DNA of 64,000 nt from an uncultured Acidimicrobiaceae bacterium (GCA_964558575.1 CAZLEQ010000006.1:12923-76922); one strand, 5' to 3'. Counted from the first letter of the stretch, positions 38,288 through 47,292 are shown. The notes: generated from the sequence alone by a model not told the origin. Made by a program: numbers and translations.

Positions 38288-38529
38288 TGTCATGTGAACG
38301 CTGCGGCCAACAGGATCGGGTTTCGGTCCGGAGAGCCAAGGTCACCGAGTCGGAGGGCAAGGTCGCGTTGGTCCTCGAAGTTCCCATGGAGGAGTGTCCT
38401 TCCTGTGGGGACCGTTGGCTGTCCTGGGAGACGGCGGGCCGTCTCGATGAAATGTTCACAGCGATGTTGGAAAGCGACGTCGAGGTGGCGACACGTCATT
38501 TCGACTCTGCCGACCAGCCGGCTGCCTGA
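38287..38529 (+). CDS. YgiT-type (MqsA-like) zinc-finger putative antitoxin
   Basis: MSCERCGQQD...MEECPSCGDRWL gives two CxxC pairs typical of YgiT-type zinc-ribbon proteins that partner DUF4258. Confidence 0.7.
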   Translation: MSCERCGQQDRVSVRRAKVTESEGKVALVLEVPMEECPSCGDRWLSWETAGRLDEMFTAMLESDVEVATRHFDSADQPAA

Positions 38530-38542
38530 CCACCTCTCCTGT

Positions 38543-41500
38543 TCATCCGACCATCATCAGCGTTGGTGCCTGTTCGAGTTCTGGGAGCGGATGGTAAGCG
38601 TCGACTGCGGTCTGCCATAGTCGAGCTTCCGGAGTAGAGGGGTCGGTGAGGCCGGGGTCGGGGCCGAGACTGACCCGGGCGGCTGCATATCGGCTGACTG
38701 CTGTGTCCCAGCGGATCGCGTCAACAGGATCAGATGGTCGACGGCCGAGCACCTCGAGCATGTCGGCTGGTGGGTTGATCTGGTAGCTGATGGCCAGGGC
38801 TGTGGTTCGGGCTGCGAGCTCGTCTTTGATGGCGGTGTAGGTGTGGATGAGGTCGGCGTGGTCTTCGATCCACTGCACCCGCTCAAAGGTCTTGTCCAAT
38901 CTGTGGATCTCGTGTTCGAGGTTCTGGAGGGATCGGTGGAGTTGTTGGTCGGTGGCGTTTTCCAGGGCCACACCTTCGGTGAGGGCGGGTGGCTGGACGA
39001 CGGATCTGGTGAGCTGGCGGACCAGGCCTTCGACTGGGGTTTCGTAGGAGGGTTGTCCGGGTTGGACGCAGCGGCCGTCGACGTTCCGGCTGGTATTGAC
39101 CCACAGGTGGGTTTCGTCCCGAGCCCGGGACAGGGCCGTGTATCCGTGTTCGGCGGCGACGCCGGTGTCGATGTAGAGGTGGGTGGTACCGAAGGTCTGG
39201 CCTTGGGCGGTGTGGATGGTCTGCGCGTAGGCGTGGTCGACACTGGAATCCACATACGACCCCGGCAGTTCGACGACCACTCCATCAATGTCGCGCAGGA
39301 ATGTGACGGTTCGGGTGGCGGGTTTGATGGTGGTGATGGTTCCGGTCTGGCCGTTGCGGAGATCGGAGTGCGCGTACCAGTTGTCCCGGACCACGATCCG
39401 GTCTCCCGCCTGGAATTCTGTACCCCATCGGCTGACCAGAGTCGGCCCTTCGAGGAGGTCTTCGGCTTGCATGTGAACTCGGGCGAGTTGGTTGAGCAGC
39501 GCCACCTCGTCCCGTCGTGAGGCGAGTATCCGTACCTGGTCGACGCCGTGGGTTTGGGCATCGGCCCACCAGGCATCGACCAGTGCGGTCTTGGTGGTGT
39601 ATTCGTCTCCGCCGAGGTGGAGTCGTCCGGCTTCGCCGTATTCGTGGACAGCTGACGCGACCTGACCCTGGCGGAGCTGGTCGAGAGCATGACGGTCGAG
39701 GTCAAGGGTCTGCCGCTGGTTGACAACGGCGAGGTCTATGACCACTCCTTGGCCGTCGGCGACGATGCAGTGAAAGAGCCCGCCTGAGTCGATGGAGGGG
39801 AGCTGTTTCGGATCGCCCACCAACACGATCTCCCCGTCGCACTGTTCTGTTTGGGAGACAAGCCAGGTGAGATCCCGGGTGGAGACCATCGACGCTTCAT
39901 CGACCACGATGACCGTGCCTTCGGGGAGGCGGATGTCGTAGCTGTCGAGCTGGTGATGCATCATGGCGATGGTCCCCGACCAGCCACCTGACAGCTCTTC
40001 GCCGAGTCGATGTGCAGCGGTGGCCGACGTGGCCACTCCGATGACATGGTGGCCGGCTGTTTGGGCGGCGTCTGCGTAGGCGCCGACGGCTCGGGTCTTG
40101 CCGGAGCCACCCGGACCCACCAGCGCCACCAACCGGCTGTCCAGATCAGCCAGGTGTCTCACGGCTGCGGCCTGCGCGCCGACCAGACCACGGGTCGTGA
40201 TCGCTGACTCGAGCGTCTCCTGGTCGACGGTCACCGGTGACTTTGTGGTTAGCGCGTCGAGGATCCGCTGCTCCCGCTGCAACTGGAGGTAGGTCGTGTA
40301 GCGGACCTCCCCATGTAAGACCCGATCTAGATGACGCGCGGACGTATCGATCCGGGGAGTCAGGGATTCGACGACTGCCAGTTCGTCCTCTGATAGGGCG
40401 ATACCTTCGGGAAGCCGAAGAGTTGCCCCCCGATGCGGTATCACCCGGACTATGCGACCTGACTCGAGACCCTCCTCCAATACCCGATGTGCCGAGCCGA
40501 CCAGCTCGTTCGGAGTAGCGCCTTCGGGCAGGAAACCGGCGACTTCGGGGAGGAGGTCTCTTTCGGTGAACACCGCCCGCCGGTCCGCCATCTCTTCCAC
40601 GATCGGTGTCTCCGACCACCGATAAGCCTCGACCGGTCTCGAGGTCGGTGTAGCCACTCCCACCGAGTTACGGACGACCGCTTCGACGTCTTCGGGTGCG
40701 GTGATGGCGAGCTGGTTCCAGTGGTCGACGATGTCGGTGGTGATCCCGTAGTCCTTCATCTCCTGGGTAACCGCCGCCTCACCCCGCGGATAGGCCTTGG
40801 GCTGTCGGGTCTCCAACGTGAACTTCTGATACACCCGAGGATGCGCCTCCCGCCCCGTCGCCGCCACATACCGTTCCACGGCCTCTTCGATCTCCCGCCG
40901 TCGAGTCGAGTAGTGGCGTAGCAGCTCCGGTGAGAAGCCGGCGATGTCGGCCATACCGTCGTGGACTTGCTGCCAGGCGACGCCGAGACGTTGGGTGAGC
41001 TCCTTGCGGAGGCTCGCCTGGTAGACGGTGCCCCCGGCCTTCAAATGGGCGTAGCCAACCTGAGCGTCGATCGCCCTCCACCCACCTTCGGCCCACACCC
41101 GATTGATCACCACCACATGGGTGTGCACCTGAGGGTCGTTGGCCCGGGAAGTGAAGTGGTCGAACCCCGCGGCCACATATCCTTCCGACCCCACCTGCTG
41201 TGATGAGAACTTCGATTCCCCGCTCGAGTCGGTGTAACGGTGGCTGACCCGAGACATCGAACAGCGTTCCTCCATGTAGGCGAACGCATCCGAGACAGCT
41301 TGCCGGTGTGCGGCCACCACCGCCTCCCGGATCTCGTCATCGCCGTAGGCGTAGAGCAGAGAGACCGACTTCGGCGCCGAGAAAGTGTGGTCGTAGCCAG
41401 CCACCTTGCCGTGACTCCGCGCAACGGTCATCTTCTCGCCGTCCGGGGTGCGGTGGGCCATCAAACCGGTGAACACTTCGTTATCCACCGCAGCGCCGGG

Positions 41501-41857
41501 CTTCAGGTCGAGACGGCCGAGGCCAGAACCCATCCACCGCGACGGTGACTCATGCCCTGCGTAGTAGTCCGCCCGGCCGCGGCGAACCGGGACATCCTCG
41601 CCCACAGAGTGCCTGAGCTGTTCGGTGTAGTAAGAGGCCTGCGACGCCACCAGCTTCCCCAACGACTGCACCGCCCTCAACCCCCCGCATCCCGATGATG
41701 CATATGTGTGCGGAAAGATCGACCTGGCGACGACAACCGGGTGATCGACGAGGGAGACATCGTCTTCAGCGGGGCGAGGGAGCCACTGGACGACGGTGAA
41801 CGGGAGACATGTCCCTTCCCAGACTAGTTGGTTAGTGTTATGATAACTAGGATTCAA
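38543..41857 (-). CDS. MobF-family conjugative relaxase (TrwC/TraA-like) fused to a RecD-like helicase
   Basis: N-terminal Tyr motifs (ASYYTEQL, ADYYAG). Three-His motif FDHFTSRANDPQVHTH. Walker A VALVGPGGSGKT. UvrD-like C-terminus (YAQTIHTAQGQTF). The first 60 or so codons lie in an AT-rich non-coding-looking stretch, so the real start is probably near 41671. Confidence 0.9.
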   Translation of the reverse strand: MNPSYHNTNQLVWEGTCLPFTVVQWLPRPAEDDVSLVDHPVVVARSIFPHTYASSGCGGLRAVQSLGKLVASQASYYTEQLRHSVGEDVPVRRGRADYYAGHESPSRWMGSGLGRLDLKPGAAVDNEVFTGLMAHRTPDGEKMTVARSHGKVAGYDHTFSAPKSVSLLYAYGDDEIREAVVAAHRQAVSDAFAYMEERCSMSRVSHRYTDSSGESKFSSQQVGSEGYVAAGFDHFTSRANDPQVHTHVVVINRVWAEGGWRAIDAQVGYAHLKAGGTVYQASLRKELTQRLGVAWQQVHDGMADIAGFSPELLRHYSTRRREIEEAVERYVAATGREAHPRVYQKFTLETRQPKAYPRGEAAVTQEMKDYGITTDIVDHWNQLAITAPEDVEAVVRNSVGVATPTSRPVEAYRWSETPIVEEMADRRAVFTERDLLPEVAGFLPEGATPNELVGSAHRVLEEGLESGRIVRVIPHRGATLRLPEGIALSEDELAVVESLTPRIDTSARHLDRVLHGEVRYTTYLQLQREQRILDALTTKSPVTVDQETLESAITTRGLVGAQAAAVRHLADLDSRLVALVGPGGSGKTRAVGAYADAAQTAGHHVIGVATSATAAHRLGEELSGGWSGTIAMMHHQLDSYDIRLPEGTVIVVDEASMVSTRDLTWLVSQTEQCDGEIVLVGDPKQLPSIDSGGLFHCIVADGQGVVIDLAVVNQRQTLDLDRHALDQLRQGQVASAVHEYGEAGRLHLGGDEYTTKTALVDAWWADAQTHGVDQVRILASRRDEVALLNQLARVHMQAEDLLEGPTLVSRWGTEFQAGDRIVVRDNWYAHSDLRNGQTGTITTIKPATRTVTFLRDIDGVVVELPGSYVDSSVDHAYAQTIHTAQGQTFGTTHLYIDTGVAAEHGYTALSRARDETHLWVNTSRNVDGRCVQPGQPSYETPVEGLVRQLTRSVVQPPALTEGVALENATDQQLHRSLQNLEHEIHRLDKTFERVQWIEDHADLIHTYTAIKDELAARTTALAISYQINPPADMLEVLGRRPSDPVDAIRWDTAVSRYAAARVSLGPDPGLTDPSTPEARLWQTAVDAYHPLPELEQAPTLMMVG

Positions 41858-41867
41858 TAAAGTAGAT

Positions 41868-42080
41868 ATGAGTGCTATGGAATACTCTGAGATGAAGCCT
41901 CTCGATCGGCTGCTCTCCGTCCAGGAGCTCGCCGATTACCTGGGGGTTCCCGTGACCACCATCTACACCTGGCGGCACCGCAGCCAGGGACCACCCGGAC
42001 TAAGAGTTGGCCGCCACCTCCGCTACCGACGCCGCGACGTCGAAGCCTGGATCGAACGTCAACTGGAGGATCAGCAATGA
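41868..42080 (+). CDS. excisionase / AlpA-type HTH protein (Xis)
   Basis: 70 aa. LLSVQELADYLGVPVTTIYTWRHRSQGPPGLRVGRHLRYRRRDVEAWIE. Sits immediately upstream of the integrase. Confidence 0.85.
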   Translation: MSAMEYSEMKPLDRLLSVQELADYLGVPVTTIYTWRHRSQGPPGLRVGRHLRYRRRDVEAWIERQLEDQQ

Positions 42081-42159
42081 GCTGCGAACCGAGCCCGCCT
42101 TACCTCGACCGTCAAGCGGTATGGTCCACGGAGCGCCATCAGCCGGGATTGGCGGGACC

Positions 42160-43368
42160 ATGAGAGGATGGATCCAACATCGACCGGACCGGTCAAAGCA
42201 GTGGCGGGCCCGGTATTACGGCCTCGACGGCCGGGAGCGGTCGAAGAGCTTCGACCGCAAGATCGACGCGGAACGTTGGCTGAGCGCACAGCTCGTCAAA
42301 CTCGATCGAGGCGAGTGGGTCGACCCCGACCTAGGAAGGGTCCCCTGGGCCGAGTACTCCGAACACCTCCAGGCCAGCCGCGTCCATGTCGCCGACCGGA
42401 CCGCCGAGACCTACCGGGCTTGCCACGCTCGAGCCGTGCCACTCATCGGCGACATCCCTCTCAACCGACTCAGCACCGAGCTGCTCCGGGGAGTGATCGC
42501 CGACCTGACCAAGGCGGGATACGCTCCCGAAACCGTGGCCAAGACCATGCGGTGGGTGAGGCTCACCCTGAACCAGGCGGTGAGAGACCGTCGCATTGTC
42601 ACCTCGCCGGCCAACGGGATCCAGCTGCCAGTACCTCGCCGCTCCGACATGCGTCTCCTCGACCCACAGCAGGTCGAGCTACTCGCTGAAGCGATGCCTG
42701 ACCGATACCGGTCGTTTCCGATTGTCGCCGCCTACACCGGACTCCGTTGGGGTGAGCTCGCCGGTTTGCTCGTGGGCAATATCGACATGCTGAGACGTCG
42801 TCTCACGGTACGCACCTCTCTCATCGAGGCGGCGGGAGTACCGCCACGACTCGGATCACCGAAGACGACCGCGTCAGAACGCACCATCACCCTGCCCAAA
42901 ATCGTCACCGAGACCCTGGGCATCCATTTCCACTCCCATCCTCCGGTCAACGGTCTGGTGTGGACCACCCAACAAGGCGGGTTGCTCCGGAGGGGCTCGT
43001 TCAGCAGAGTTTGGCGCAAGGCCGTCGCCGAATCGGTCGGCCAACCATGCGTGCCACATGATTTCCGCCACACCCAGGCGTCATGGCTGATCGCCGCCGG
43101 CGAGCATCCCAAGACCATCCAGACCCGACTCGGTCACTCCTCGATCCAGGTGACGATGGACCGATACGGCCATCTCATGGAGGGTCTGGACAGCCGCACC
43201 GCGGACCGTTTGGACGAGCTGGCCGGGTCCTGGAGCGGCCCAGGAGCGGCCCAAACCGATGACGAGGACAGCGAGACCTCACCCGAAAACCCCCTGACCA
43301 GGGGGAAGGAGTGGCAGTCCCGACCGGATTTGAACCGGCGTTTCCGGCTTGAAAGGCCGGCGTCCTAG
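42160..43368 (+). CDS. tyrosine-type site-specific integrase
   Basis: ORF 42007..43368. Start set to MRGWIQHRPDRSKQWRARYYG. Catalytic region ...HDFRHTQASWLIAAGEHPKTIQTRLGHSSIQVTMDRYGHL. The ORF tail runs through the terminator into the tRNA on the opposite strand. Confidence 0.92.
   Translation: MRGWIQHRPDRSKQWRARYYGLDGRERSKSFDRKIDAERWLSAQLVKLDRGEWVDPDLGRVPWAEYSEHLQASRVHVADRTAETYRACHARAVPLIGDIPLNRLSTELLRGVIADLTKAGYAPETVAKTMRWVRLTLNQAVRDRRIVTSPANGIQLPVPRRSDMRLLDPQQVELLAEAMPDRYRSFPIVAAYTGLRWGELAGLLVGNIDMLRRRLTVRTSLIEAAGVPPRLGSPKTTASERTITLPKIVTETLGIHFHSHPPVNGLVWTTQQGGLLRRGSFSRVWRKAVAESVGQPCVPHDFRHTQASWLIAAGEHPKTIQTRLGHSSIQVTMDRYGHLMEGLDSRTADRLDELAGSWSGPGAAQTDDEDSETSPENPLTRGKEWQSRPDLNRRFRLERPAS
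43285..43305 (-). terminator. rho-independent terminator of tRNA-Glu(UUC)
   Basis: Minus strand reads CCCCCT-GGTC-AGGGGG followed by TTTTC, immediately 3' of the tRNA CCA end. Confidence 0.7.
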
Positions 43369-43387
43369 GCCACTGGACGACGGGACC
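43312..43387 (-). tRNA. tRNA-Glu (anticodon UUC), CCA encoded
   Basis: Minus strand GGTCCCGTCGTCCAGTGGCCTAGGACGCCGGCCTTTCAAGCCGGAAACGCCGGTTCAAATCCGGTCGGGACTGCCA folds as a cloverleaf. Anticodon loop is CTTTCAA. Confidence 0.9.
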
Positions 43388-43483
43388 GGGTGCGCTATGG
43401 GTAAGGTTACGCCCGGACCGGGATCAGCCCAACTCCTTTCGGCCTCGATCCAGGGCGCCGAAACTCACATCGTCGACTCCGAG

Positions 43484-43642
43484 ATGTCCGACCTGCGGAC
43501 GGAACTCAAGACCGATATTGCTGACTTGAGGGCCGAGATGCACGCAGAGATCGGCGCATTGCGAACGTCGATGGCCAACTGGATGCTCACCCTGTTGGTC
43601 GCCGTCGTCGGAGCGCTGGCGAGCATCGCCTTCATCTCGTAG
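43484..43642 (+). CDS. small coiled-coil protein with a C-terminal TM anchor (52 aa)
   Basis: Internal ATG of ORF 43349..43642. MSDLRTELKTDIADLRAEMHAEIGALRTSMANWMLTLLVAVVGALASIAFIS. Confidence 0.45.
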   Translation: MSDLRTELKTDIADLRAEMHAEIGALRTSMANWMLTLLVAVVGALASIAFIS

Positions 43643-43671
43643 CCGACCCACGACCCACGCCCGGGTCGGGA

Positions 43672-45093
43672 TCAGCCCAACTCCTTACGGGCGCGATGTA
43701 ACCGATCCAGGGTTCTCTCTCGACCCAGAGCGGCGATCGACTCGAAGAGTGGCGGGCTGACCGAGGACCCGGTCACGGCCACCCGCAGTGGCTGGAATGC
43801 CTTCCCCGCCCCAATGCCGAGCTTCTCTGGAATGGTCCTCAGCCCGGTCTCGATCGACTCCACATCCCAGGTCTCGAGATTGTCGAGCACCGCCGCACCC
43901 TCGTCGAGCACATCGGGAACCCCCTCTCTAGTCATCACCTTGTCCCAGGACGCCTCGTCGAAGGTGTCGAAGTCCTGGAACAAGAACGTGACCTGTCCAC
44001 CGGCTTCGGGCAGCAGCTTGGTGCGTTCCTGGACCAATGGGGCGATCTCACTGAAGGTCTCCCACTCGGAGTCGTCGAGCTCGCGGTCGACCGCCGCCTC
44101 CACGTGGGGCCTCACCAGCTCGGTGAAGCGACCCGGATCCATCGCCCTGATGTACTCGCCGTTCATCCAGGCCAGCTTCTCGGGGTCGAACGCTGCCGGG
44201 TTGCGCGACACGTTGGCGAGATCGAACTTCGCCACCGCCTCCTCACGGCTGAAGATCGTGGTCTCCCCGTCAGGCGACCAGCCCAGGATGGCGAGATAGT
44301 TGAACATCGCATCGGCCATGTAGCCCGCCTTCCGGTACTCGGAAAGAGCGGTCGCTCCGTGACGCTTGGAGAGCTTCTTGCCATCGGGCCCCAGCAACAA
44401 CGGCAGATGGGCATAGATCGGCTCGGAGCCCTCGAGGGCGCGGATCAGGAGGATGTGCTTGGGCGTGGAGGGCAGCAGGTCCTCTCCCCGGGCGACGTGG
44501 GTGATCTCGTAGTCGATGTCGTCGACGGTCGAGGCCAGGTGATAAGTGGGCGTTCCGTTACTCCTCATGATCACAAAATCGTCGAGGTCCGCCGGAGCGA
44601 AGGAGAGGTCGCCGCGGATGACGTCATGGAACTCGACCACCTCATCCTGTGGCACCGACAGGCGGATCACGCCGGAGTCTGTTTCCCGGTCGGGTCGACG
44701 TATGTAGTGGCCGGGATGCCTGCCCTCCTTCTGGGCGCGCCGGCGCAGCTCCTCCAGCTCGTCGGTGGATCGGTCGTCGTAATAGGCGTGACCCGAGGCG
44801 ACGAGATCGCTCGCTATGTCGGCGTAGCGATCGAGACGGTCCGACTGTCGGTAGGTGCCGTATGGACCGCCAACCTCGACCCCTTCTTGCCAGTCGAGCC
44901 CGAGCCAGCGGAATGACTCGAGGATCTCCTCCTCGTACTCTCCTGTCGACCGTTCCAAGTCGGTGTCGTCGATGCGGACGATGAAGGTCCCGCCGGTGTG
45001 GCGGGCGTAGAGCCAGTTGTACAGGGCTGCCCGAGCCGTCCCGACGTGGAGGAACCCGCTCGGCGAGGGAGCCATGCGCACCCGAACCGTCAT
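43672..45093 (-). CDS. gltX: glutamate--tRNA ligase
   Basis: ORF 43672..45405. Start trimmed to [27 protein letters not shown] (HIGH-type motif). KLSKR (KMSKS-type) motif present. Confidence 0.93.
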   Translation of the reverse strand: MTVRVRMAPSPSGFLHVGTARAALYNWLYARHTGGTFIVRIDDTDLERSTGEYEEEILESFRWLGLDWQEGVEVGGPYGTYRQSDRLDRYADIASDLVASGHAYYDDRSTDELEELRRRAQKEGRHPGHYIRRPDRETDSGVIRLSVPQDEVVEFHDVIRGDLSFAPADLDDFVIMRSNGTPTYHLASTVDDIDYEITHVARGEDLLPSTPKHILLIRALEGSEPIYAHLPLLLGPDGKKLSKRHGATALSEYRKAGYMADAMFNYLAILGWSPDGETTIFSREEAVAKFDLANVSRNPAAFDPEKLAWMNGEYIRAMDPGRFTELVRPHVEAAVDRELDDSEWETFSEIAPLVQERTKLLPEAGGQVTFLFQDFDTFDEASWDKVMTREGVPDVLDEGAAVLDNLETWDVESIETGLRTIPEKLGIGAGKAFQPLRVAVTGSSVSPPLFESIAALGRERTLDRLHRARKELG

Positions 45094-45854
45094 GCCGGGG
45101 CCACCACCCTGTTGGTGAGCGTGCCGATGCCGTCGACCTCCACCTCCATGAGGTCGCCCGGCTCCACCTTCCCCACCCCCGACGGTGTTCCGGTGAGGAT
45201 GACATCTCCGGGGAGGAGCGTGGTGAAGGCGCTGATGTACTCGAAGATCTCGGCGACCCCGAAGACCATGTCGGAAGTGAAGCCGGCCTGACGAACCTCC
45301 CCGTTGACCTGGCAGATCACGGCAAGGCGCTCGAGTGGGTCGAGCTCGGTCTCGATGGCAGGACCCAGCGGGCAGAAGGTGTCGAACCCCTTGGCCCGGG
45401 TCCACTGCCCGTCCTTCCTCTGCAGGTCGCGGGCAGTGACGTCGTTGGCGGCGGTGTATCCAAAGATGTACTGCGAGGCGTCCTCCGCCTTCACGTTGCG
45501 TGCCGGTTTGCTGATCACCACCGCCAACTCCGCCTCGTGATGCACCTCGTGGGACAACGTGGGATGGATCACGTTGGCGTGGGTCCCGATCACCGAGGTC
45601 GCCGGCTTCATGAAGATGAGTGGCTCCTCGGGGACCTCACCGCCGAACTCGGCGGCGTGGTCCTCGTAGTTCTTGCCGACACAGAGGACCTTGGTCGGGA
45701 TCACCGGGGAGAGCAGGCTGACCTTGGGCCAGGGCACCACCACCTCGGTTGGCTCCCAGGCCACGAACGGCGAGCCGTTGTACACGAGCACACCCTCGGC
45801 GTCTGCAACCCCGTAGGCGATGTCGTCTCCGGATTTGATGCGGACGATCTTCAT
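45090..45854 (-). CDS. fumarylacetoacetate hydrolase (FAH) family protein
   Basis: 254 aa. ...[15 protein letters not shown]...[10 protein letters not shown]...[13 protein letters not shown]. Stop overlaps the gltX start. Confidence 0.88.
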   Translation of the reverse strand: MKIVRIKSGDDIAYGVADAEGVLVYNGSPFVAWEPTEVVVPWPKVSLLSPVIPTKVLCVGKNYEDHAAEFGGEVPEEPLIFMKPATSVIGTHANVIHPTLSHEVHHEAELAVVISKPARNVKAEDASQYIFGYTAANDVTARDLQRKDGQWTRAKGFDTFCPLGPAIETELDPLERLAVICQVNGEVRQAGFTSDMVFGVAEIFEYISAFTTLLPGDVILTGTPSGVGKVEPGDLMEVEVDGIGTLTNRVVAPA

Positions 45855-45884
45855 GAGACCGTGAACCTACAGAACGACCGGGCT

Positions 45885-46364
45885 CTACCTCGAATGGCGG
45901 AGGGCATGACGGAGACGCTCGGGCTTCATCACCAGGGTCTCCTTGTCCACCTCAGCCACCGCGGTGGCCCCGGGACGCTGCTCGTGAGGAGATGCATCCA
46001 GCCAGCGCTTCCGACGCGCCACGACGTCGGCGGGGGGGTCCTCGTCATAGCCGCAGAGGATGAGTGCCGCCTCCAGGTCCTCTTTGAACGGAGCTCTTCC
46101 CAGCGCGGCGGCGCGTGCCATCACCAGACCGGAGAGCACCTTGCGAACGTCGGGATCGTCGTCGGGAAGATCGGCGTTGTTGACCAGCCTCATCCCCCAC
46201 CCGGGGTCGGGGCCGGTGGTCCCGTAGTAGCCCCCTCCGGGGATAGCCGTGGGCCCGGTGGGGATCCCCGGCTTGTCGGCTCGCCACTTGACCGCCACTC
46301 CCGGCTGAGGGATGGGACGGGGCCGCTCGGCGGCGGTGATCTCGACGTTTGGTTGCTGTGCCAT
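45885..46364 (-). CDS. hypothetical protein (159 aa)
   Basis: Clean ORF between FAH and ilvE. I recognise no family. Confidence 0.5.
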   Translation of the reverse strand: MAQQPNVEITAAERPRPIPQPGVAVKWRADKPGIPTGPTAIPGGGYYGTTGPDPGWGMRLVNNADLPDDDPDVRKVLSGLVMARAAALGRAPFKEDLEAALILCGYDEDPPADVVARRKRWLDASPHEQRPGATAVAEVDKETLVMKPERLRHALRHSR

Positions 46365-46377
46365 CAGTCGCCCGCCA

Positions 46378-47292
46378 CTAGACGAACTCGAGCCACTGCC
46401 GGTAGTCGTCGAGCTTGCCCGCCGCCGCGGCGGAGAACAGTTCTTGGGCTTTCTTGGTGACCGGGCCCCGGTTGCCGTCGCCGATCAACCTGCCGTCGAC
46501 CGAACGGATCGGGGTGACTTCGGCAGCGGTGCCGGTGAGGAACATCTCGTCGCCCGTGTAGAGGGCGCCACGGGCGATGTCGATCTCACGCACCTCGACC
46601 CCGTCATCGCGCAACAGATCCATCACCGAATTGCGGGTGATTCCTTCGAGGATGCCCGCGGACACGGGAGGCGTGTAGACCAATCCGCCGCTGACGATGA
46701 ATATGTTCATCCCGGTGCCCTCTGATACCGAACCGGCGTCGTTCAACATGATCGCCTCTTCATGACCAGCGGCCACCGCCTCCTGCTTGGCCAGCACCGA
46801 GTTCAGGTATCCGCCCGAGCCCTTGGCGGTGGGGATCAGCGAGGTGTGGGAGATGCGCCGCCAGCTGGAGACCATCGTGGAAATGCCCTTTTCGGCGGCG
46901 TCATCACCGAGATAGGCCCCCCAGGGGAAGGCGGCCATCATCGCAATGACCTCGTTCTTCGCCGGGTTGATCCCGATGGCGCCGTTGCCGTAGAAGACCT
47001 GAGGGCGAATGTAAGCCGACTCGAGCCCGGTCTCCCTGAGTAGATGGAGACAGGCCTCTTTCCACTCCTCGACCGACCACCTCATCGGGATGGCGTAGGC
47101 GCGCGCCGAGGCGTCGAGACGGAGCATGTGGTCGTGGAGCCTGAATACGGCAGTCCCCTCCGGAGTGTTGTAGGCCCTGATCCCCTCGAATACGCCAGTT
47201 CCATACTGAAGGGCGTGGGAGAGGAAGTGGACGTTGGCGTCGTCCCAGGGGACGAGTTCGCCGTCGCTCCAGATATGTGATGCCGTTTCCAT
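46378..47292 (-). CDS. ilvE: branched-chain amino acid aminotransferase (class IV)
   Basis: 304 aa. ...YGTGVFEGIRAY...PTAKGSGGYLNSVLAKQEA...EGTGMNIF. Confidence 0.9.
   Translation of the reverse strand: METASHIWSDGELVPWDDANVHFLSHALQYGTGVFEGIRAYNTPEGTAVFRLHDHMLRLDASARAYAIPMRWSVEEWKEACLHLLRETGLESAYIRPQVFYGNGAIGINPAKNEVIAMMAAFPWGAYLGDDAAEKGISTMVSSWRRISHTSLIPTAKGSGGYLNSVLAKQEAVAAGHEEAIMLNDAGSVSEGTGMNIFIVSGGLVYTPPVSAGILEGITRNSVMDLLRDDGVEVREIDIARGALYTGDEMFLTGTAAEVTPIRSVDGRLIGDGNRGPVTKKAQELFSAAAAGKLDDYRQWLEFV

Larger units (their letters stand above)
22350..43360. mobile_element. integrative mobilizable element 2 inserted in tRNA-Glu(UUC)
   Basis: Flanked by att copies B and C. Integrase, Xis, MobF relaxase, HTH genes and a TA pair cluster at the tRNA-proximal end (37.4-43.4 kb). 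No T4SS, T4CP or FtsK-like gene is visible. Confidence 0.8.

Noticed and set aside
16684-43360. Repeated about 45-nt units at 16684, 22350 and 43312, checked as a possible CRISPR-like array. The tandem repeats at 21538 and 26671 were checked the same way.
   Set aside because: The spacing is 5.7 and 21 kb and the unit is the 3' part of a tRNA, so these are att sites. The other repeats are simple two-copy tandem duplications. No CRISPR array or cas genes are present.
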